This document shows positions 61,490-64,000 of a stretch of DNA of 64,000 nt, piece by piece. Under the pieces are notes generated by a model. The model had not been told where the DNA came from. It made no database searches and worked only from the letters and a program-made list of their open reading frames with translations. Source of the stretch: Vitrella brassicaformis CCMP3155. Lineage: Eukaryota > Protista > Chromerida. Each line of letters opens with the position of its first letter. Positions within the stretch are counted from its first letter, which is position 1. The position numbers and the translations under genes are program-made. The stretch is taken from NCBI GenBank assembly GCA_001179505.1, contig CDMY01000347.1, positions 411,259 through 475,258 of the forward strand. Direction: 5' to 3'.

Positions 61490-64000
61490 TCCCTCCCTCT
61501 ATCTATCTGGGCGTGTCAGCTGACTGACCTTGACGCTGCAGCTCTGTGTGGATGAGGTGGCCGGCTTGTTGTCCTCATCGAAGAGCTTGCAGTTATTCTC
61601 ACCCTTCTTGGCGAACTCGAAGCCGTTGCAGCTCCCAGATGACACGCAGGCGTGCTGGCACGCACCCTGCTCAGCCACGGTCAGCTCTGCACAGCCATCC
61701 ACACGCATACACACACATGACGCATTGCTTTCTCCCTCCCTCCTTCGCTCGCTCACCCTCCTCAGCTTCTGGGATGGAGCCGTCCTTGCGTCTGCATGCG
61801 CCGACGCCGACCTCCTTGAGCTCCTTGTCTGCGGTCGCATCCTCATCCTCCGCATCCTCGAGGCTGAAGCACCTGACGCTTGTGGTGCCCTTGATGGCCT
61901 TGGAGATCAGCTTGCACTGCGCCTCGGCCTTGCCGTCCTCGTCAGTGTAGCCGAAATTAACAGCCTGGCACGAGAGGTCAAGTGAGCATCTGCACACACA
62001 GACGGGGGATGGGTGGCACAAGTGGATGGATGGATGGATGGGCTTCTTGCTTACGCGAAGAGGCACTCGTATTCGGTGATCTCTCCCTCGCCGAAGAAGG
62101 ACTCCTTCTCCTTTGCCGCATCGTCGTCAACCAGGCAGGCCTGGGTCTCGCTCTCCTGCTTGAAGCCAGGGAAGTTCAGGATGATGTCGTCAAAGCCTGC
62201 ACACACATACACACATTAGAGCACCACGGCACTGATCAAACGGACTCAGCTTTCCCCTTCCTTCCTGGCCTCTGGTGTTCTGACCGAAGCGGAGCCTGTC
62301 GAGAGCTGTGAAGTCCGGGACGATCTTGGAGAGGATGTCCACGTCGGCCTCCAGGAGGCGCCGTCCTTCGTCCTCGCTGAACAGCTTGTCAAGGTCGCCG
62401 AGGTCCAAAAGGAGACCCTTCTCGTAGAGCCTGGTGAGGAGGCCCTTGAGGTAGTCAAGGTCGAGGGAGAGGAGGTCGATGTCCTTGAGAATGTCGAGGT
62501 CGATGTCGTAGAGGCCCTTCAGGGGGTCTGTCAGGTCCAGTCCGGGCAGCAGGCCCTTCTCGTACAGGTCGGGGATGATCTCCTTGATGATGTCCAGACT
62601 CCGGATGACATCTGCAGACAGACAAAGGGAGACACGGAGTGGCAGGGGGAGAGAGTGGTGAGGATGGGTGTGTGTGTGTGTGTGTGCGTGTGTGCGTGTG
62701 GCGCCAAACGTACCGACGTCCTTGATGATTCCAAGGTCGATGAGCGAGATGATGTCGCCGAGGTCCTCGATGGCCTTGTCGTAGTCGACGAGGTCGCGGA
62801 TCTTGTCCAGGTCGGTCAGGTTGTACAGGTAAAACTTGTACTCATCTTACACATATACAAACGCACAGACATGAGACGCAGATCCCTGTCTGTCTGGCTT
62901 CGCGTGTTGACGCACCGATGTCGACTTTATCGAAGAGGTCCTCAAGGCTGTCGCGGACCTTGTCGAAGTCGTAGTCGGGGAGGAGCGAGATGTCCTTGAG
63001 CTTGTCGGCGACGACCTCAACGCCGTTACCGATCTTGACCACCTTGTCGATCGAGCCACCGATTTTCTCAATGATGTCTGACACGCACACAGAGACGGAA
63101 ACAGTGGTGTGCTGCTGTCTCAGGTCGGCTGCTGTGCTGTGATCACCCTTAAAGATGCCAGTGACGCCCAGTTCAACGCCTGCACAGATGTCAAAAGAGA
63201 CGGGCAGAAAGGCGTGCTCACGTGAGTGTGATAGGACGGATGGGACGCACCAGTGATGATGTTCTTGACGCCACTGTAGAACTTGTCGCCGATCTTGATG
63301 GCGTCCCCGACCTTATCGGTCACGTCCGCAACCGGACCTCCGATGAGGATCTCGTCAAGGACCTTTGTGATCGCCACAACGACGCCGTCGATCACGTCCT
63401 TGGAGGCGTCATCCACTTCTGCACGCACACAAATGTGGGGTGGGAGGGGTCAAGTCAGCTACACGCGTGTGTGAGGGCGTGTCGGGTCTTACGGTCAACA
63501 ACGTCCTTGACATCGTCGTAGATATCTATGGTATCGACACCTGATGGATGGATGGATGGCACACAGCAGATAGACAGGCAGAAAGGCAGACAGGCCACGT
63601 CTGTGCACCACACTGAATGCTCCCCTCTGTCACTCACCGTCGATCACGTCCTTGACGTCGTCGTAGATCGTGTCGAGAACGTCCAGGTCAAGGTCATAGT
63701 CCTTATCGTCGCCAGTACCGTCACCATTGCCATCGTCGGGCTGTACACGAGCACATGACACACGAATCATGGAGGAGGGGTGTCGAGGGGAGGATTCGGT
63801 GGCTGACAGACCTTGTCAGTGATGCTCCCGGTGATGTTCTTGGCGATGTCAAGGTAGTCATAGATCTTCTCCGCCAGGTCAAGGTAGTCATAGATCTTCT
63901 CCGCCAGGTCTGCACACACATACACCAATGATTTTTTTTTTGCAGGCAAGGAACAAGGAACCATTAGAGCACACACATGTGTCTCCGTTTCTGTCTGTGT
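61490..64000 (-). CDS. Secreted Asp/Ile-rich repeat protein, 3-prime part, with two C-terminal PAN/Apple-like domains (continues beyond the window)
   Basis: 63720-64000 matches the repeat exons and introns at 18.5-19.7 kb. Then DIIEKIGGSIDK..., DEGRRLLEAD, LNFPGFKQESETQACL...CQAVNFGYTDEDGKAEAQCKL...RCF, GACRRKDGS...ACQHACVSSGSCNGFEF...NCKLF. Confidence 0.85.

Overview
This is a GC-rich, intron-dense eukaryotic genomic window. The introns are packed with GT/CA, GACA and GGAT microsatellites. Gene content (apicomplexan-type hexose transporter, ApiAP2-like factor, PAN/Apple secreted proteins, a bipartite plastid leader) points to a chromerid alveolate such as Vitrella; this is inference. I find about 19 spliced protein-coding genes, many in head-to-head pairs, and six 300-N placeholder gaps. 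I recognised no rRNA, tRNA, CRISPR array or transposase. Recognisable genes: FAM214/Atos-like, SET-domain protein, LST8 (one complete copy, one gap-flanking duplicate, one diverged partial paralog), MFS hexose transporter, GT31 glycosyltransferase, Not3-like, SHIPPO/ODF3 PGP-repeat protein, ApiAP2-like, prefoldin 6, PSMD9/Nas2 and an MSL-type mechanosensitive channel. Two leads stand out. (1) An intron-poor gene at about 6.6-7.9 kb resembles a phage tail-fibre: GDV-x-A hexapeptide repeats, an S74/ICA-like chaperone domain and a coiled coil, with a frame switch overlapped by a perfect 15-bp hairpin. (2) A three-locus family of secreted proteins carries PEXEL/TEXEL-like RRLx(E/G) motifs, with Asp/Ile-rich exon-intron tandem arrays in two loci and paired PAN/Apple domains in two loci. 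All family assignments come from motif recognition by eye, not database searches, and exon boundaries are manual.
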